Virus record (IMG/VR): IMGVR_UViG_3300025470_000036
Coordinates: 1-43,318 of that record
Length of the DNA: 43,318 nucleotides
Source of the DNA: a virus
Taxonomy: Duplodnaviria > Caudoviricetes
Reading direction: 5' to 3' (one strand)
Shown: in pieces, positions 41,051 through 43,318 of the stretch
Numbering within the stretch: the first letter of the stretch is position 1
How the letters are laid out: each line of letters opens with the position of its first letter
Program-made: the position numbers and the translations under genes
The notes under the pieces: model-generated
Told to the model about the DNA's origin: nothing
Seen by the model: the letters and a program-made list of their open reading frames with translations, nothing else
Databases searched by the model: none

Positions 41051-41102
41051 GGTCTCATCAGTGCCCGCGTGACGGACAGACGGGGCGGACCCCGTTTCGA
41101 CC
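41051..41102 (-). ncRNA. type II hammerhead ribozyme
   Basis: minus strand GGUC-GAAA-CGGGG(UCCG)CCCCG-UC^-UGUCCG(UCACG)CGGGCA-CUGAUGA-GACC: both core motifs, GUC cleavage triplet and three paired stems. Confidence 0.95.
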
Positions 41103-41399
41103 TTATGCCGCGTCGGCTAAAGACGCCTTGACGCGCAGGGTGGTAATGACTTTGGTCTCAGTGACCAGCGCGACGTCCTCAGGGCTGAGCAGCTCCTTGA
41201 CCAACGTAGCGCTGACGCTGGAGCGTGGAGCCTTGGTGATGTTGACTGTGAAGTGCAGGCCAACAATAGCGTCGAGGGATGGGTCCTGGTTAACAAGCGC
41301 GTAGATCTCTTCCTTGATCTTCTCCAGGTCTTTGGCCGCCTTGTCAGCGATAACCTTGGCTTGAGCGTAACGGTCAGCGAGGATGTTGAGGTTTGTCAT
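41103..41399 (-). CDS. hypothetical early protein
   Basis: GGAGATTGATATG start; first gene after the 41435-41463 promoter. Confidence 0.65.
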   Translation of the reverse strand: MTNLNILADRYAQAKVIADKAAKDLEKIKEEIYALVNQDPSLDAIVGLHFTVNITKAPRSSVSATLVKELLSPEDVALVTETKVITTLRVKASLADAA

Positions 41400-41434
41400 A
41401 TCAATCTCCATACAATGTGTGTTTCGATGATTTG

Positions 41435-41463
41435 AAGGTAGAGGAAGTTACTTCCTATGTCAA
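41435..41463 (-). promoter_or_regulatory. early promoter with palindromic operator in the spacer
   Basis: TTGACA-17-TACCTT; AGGAAGT-N-ACTTCCT at 41442-41456; AT-rich upstream tract. Confidence 0.75.
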
Positions 41464-41502
41464 TACACTTAGTGCGTTTTTTTAAAAATATTTTGGCCCC
41501 CC

Positions 41503-43023
41503 TTATTGGGGGACCATGACTTCGATAAGTGAAGACTTGGCTCTTGTTGCCGCCACGTAGCAAAGATTGTCTTCCTGGTCCTGCTGCCACTTCTGCGTAG
41601 CGTAGGGGCTAGGCAGTGTGCCTTCACGGTCAAGCCAGTAAACCGTCTCCCACTCGCGGCCCTTTGCCTTGTGGATGGTGCTGAGCGTCAGCATGTTGCT
41701 GACATTGTCCTCGAACAAAGACTGGATGCTGTCGACCACTGCCTCAATGCTGTCGTTGCCAGCCCTGCGGCATTCGCCAGTGATAACCATGATCGTGTCA
41801 GCCTGGTCCTTGATCTGCTGAGCCAGTGCGCCATTGCCCTTGGCCTTAGCGCGGACGATCTGAGCCTCTGACCAATTGGTGACGCGGGTCTCAAGGCCAT
41901 GCAGCGTTTTGGCTGTCTTCCACTTGGTAGCCAGGTTGATCAGGCCCTTGCCAATGTCTCTGCCTTCTACCTTGCAGGCGACACGGGCGCGGATGAGCTC
42001 GAAGGCTAAAGAGACAAGAGGCTTTGTGTTGCGGCACAGAATAGCCGCGGAGCCATCCAGGTCATTGCGGCCAAATACGTCAGCGCGGTCAATAACGCTG
42101 TAAGATCCTTCAGGGGCGCTGTCGTGGGCCTCAATGTGATTAACCCACTGATGAGCCACCCTGACCACTTCCTTAGGGCATCGGTAGGTCACTGTGAGCG
42201 GCATGTCGACCGCATTGAAGTCTTCCTTAATCAAGTCAAGAGCGTCAGCGTCAGCGCCAGTGAAGCCGTAGATCGCCTGACGACGATCGCCAACGGCCAC
42301 AACCCGACCGCCTGGAGCAAGCAAAGCCTTAACCAAAGCGCGACGCGCTGGGTTCGTGTCCTGGGCTTCGTCAACAAACACCCAGGGATACGTCCAGAAA
42401 CGCAGCTTCAGGAAAACAGGCAGGTAGACCATGTCGTCGAAGTCAACGACCGACGTGGTGCTGTTAGACTTCTTTAGGACCTCAATGGCCGTGGCAACAA
42501 TATCGCCTAATCGCTTCTCAGCCTTGTCGGTCTTTTCATTAGCCAGGATGTCGAAGTGCTCGACAATCTCATACCACTGGGAGGTGTCGTCAATAGCGCC
42601 AAAAACACCCAGGGCGCGCTGCTTAGCCAGAGACACAAGGTTAGCCACGATTGAAGAAAACAAGCGGACGGCATGCTCTGGGTGAGCTGACTTGCCCATA
42701 GACACCAGGATGTCTGTGACCTTGTTGCCGTCGACGCGGACGCCTGGGAATGATTTTTTGTATGCGCCAAGGCCAAAGCCGTGAACCGTATTGGCATTGG
42801 CCTTCTGCCAGTCAATCTTGCGGGCCTTGAGCTTGCCCTTGATCTCGTCAGCAATCTTGCGGTTGTAGGCAAGAATAGCGACTGGCTTGTCAGTGCGCTC
42901 GACAGCCTCAATCAGCGTGGTGGTCTTGCCAGCGCCAGCGACAGCCTCAAGAACGCAAGAGCCCTTGCCGGTCTCAACCCAGTCTAGGAAGGCAGCTTGT
43001 TGTGGTGACGGAATAAAGGCCAT
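41503..43023 (-). CDS. UvrD/Rep-like superfamily 1 helicase
   Basis: AVAGAGKTT, VDEAQD, VGD.RQAIYGF.GAD, TYRCP, STIHKAKGREW, YVAATRAK. Confidence 0.92.
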   Translation of the reverse strand: MAFIPSPQQAAFLDWVETGKGSCVLEAVAGAGKTTTLIEAVERTDKPVAILAYNRKIADEIKGKLKARKIDWQKANANTVHGFGLGAYKKSFPGVRVDGNKVTDILVSMGKSAHPEHAVRLFSSIVANLVSLAKQRALGVFGAIDDTSQWYEIVEHFDILANEKTDKAEKRLGDIVATAIEVLKKSNSTTSVVDFDDMVYLPVFLKLRFWTYPWVFVDEAQDTNPARRALVKALLAPGGRVVAVGDRRQAIYGFTGADADALDLIKEDFNAVDMPLTVTYRCPKEVVRVAHQWVNHIEAHDSAPEGSYSVIDRADVFGRNDLDGSAAILCRNTKPLVSLAFELIRARVACKVEGRDIGKGLINLATKWKTAKTLHGLETRVTNWSEAQIVRAKAKGNGALAQQIKDQADTIMVITGECRRAGNDSIEAVVDSIQSLFEDNVSNMLTLSTIHKAKGREWETVYWLDREGTLPSPYATQKWQQDQEDNLCYVAATRAKSSLIEVMVPQ

Positions 43024-43066
43024 ATCAATCTCCATAAAATCTAAAGGACGCCGTAGCGCCCTTTGA

Positions 43067-43095
43067 TTGGTATAGAAGTTACTTCTACTTGTCAA
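43067..43095 (-). promoter_or_regulatory. early promoter with palindromic operator in the spacer
   Basis: TTGACA-17-TACCAA; TAGAAGT-N-ACTTCTA at 43073-43087; followed by a C(UACG)G hairpin. Confidence 0.65.
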
Positions 43096-43316
43096 TCTTT
43101 ATTTTTATCTAGCCAATTTAATTTTGGCAGACTGACTGGCTTTTCAGCCGCCCGCCGCCTGGCTTGAGCGAACATGGACTTGCGCTTGTATTCCTCGCGG
43201 TATTCAGTGTCCCACTTCAGTCTGTCTGCCCTCTCAACAATGTTGCGGTATCCCTCGCTGTCGAGCTTGTTTTGATACTCAACGGAGGTCAGTGTGCCGT
43301 TATCTAGAATAGCCAT
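43092..43316 (-). CDS. hypothetical protein
   Basis: 74-aa ORF at the window end; ends SLPKLNWLD. Confidence 0.5.
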   Translation of the reverse strand: MAILDNGTLTSVEYQNKLDSEGYRNIVERADRLKWDTEYREEYKRKSMFAQARRRAAEKPVSLPKLNWLDKNKD

Positions 43317-43318
43317 AT

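Noticed and set aside
41412-41434. Second hammerhead candidate (CGAAAC on the minus strand)
   Set aside because: No CUGANGA core or matching stems; likely a plain 5' UTR
40302-43095. Shared MEIDM N-terminal peptide as a protein motif
   Set aside because: It is the translated RBS cassette; the second ATG has the proper SD spacing

Overview
This window is a roughly 43 kb piece of a tailed dsDNA phage, probably podovirus-like. The likely host is an alphaproteobacterium, judged from a GcrA homolog and near-absence of GANTC. Bases 1-25.1 kb (+) are late genes: head-tail connector proteins, a collagen-like tail fibre followed by a chain of fibre modules, a GT2-TPR glycosyltransferase, an embedded lysis cassette (M15 endolysin, holin, overlapping spanins), tail tube/nozzle, GNAT-like and ejection proteins (one with a GH108 domain) and an S74-chaperone fibre. 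Four homing-endonuclease genes sit among them, two intact and two remnants. Bases 25.2-43.3 kb are early and replication genes: gcrA, a metallophosphoesterase, a 2OG-Fe(II) oxygenase, an SSB-like protein, a PD-(D/E)XK nuclease, a RuvC-like resolvase, a PrimPol-helicase followed by an iteron origin, and a UvrD helicase. I saw no terminase, portal, capsid, integrase, DNA polymerase, tRNA or CRISPR array. Highlights: (1) a complete type II hammerhead ribozyme filling an intergenic gap in the leftward early operon (41051-41102, -); (2) a palindromic operator in two early promoters whose half-site matches the origin iteron; (3) a tandem array of four scaffold-plus-variable-insert paralogs running into a cluster of short palindromes; (4) near-total avoidance of GANTC and GTAC; (5) an unannotated hydrophobic peptide with a hairpin-sequestered RBS convergent on gcrA; (6) a possible -1 frameshift or 1-nt deletion at the endolysin C-terminus. 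All product calls come from motif recognition by eye, not database searches.
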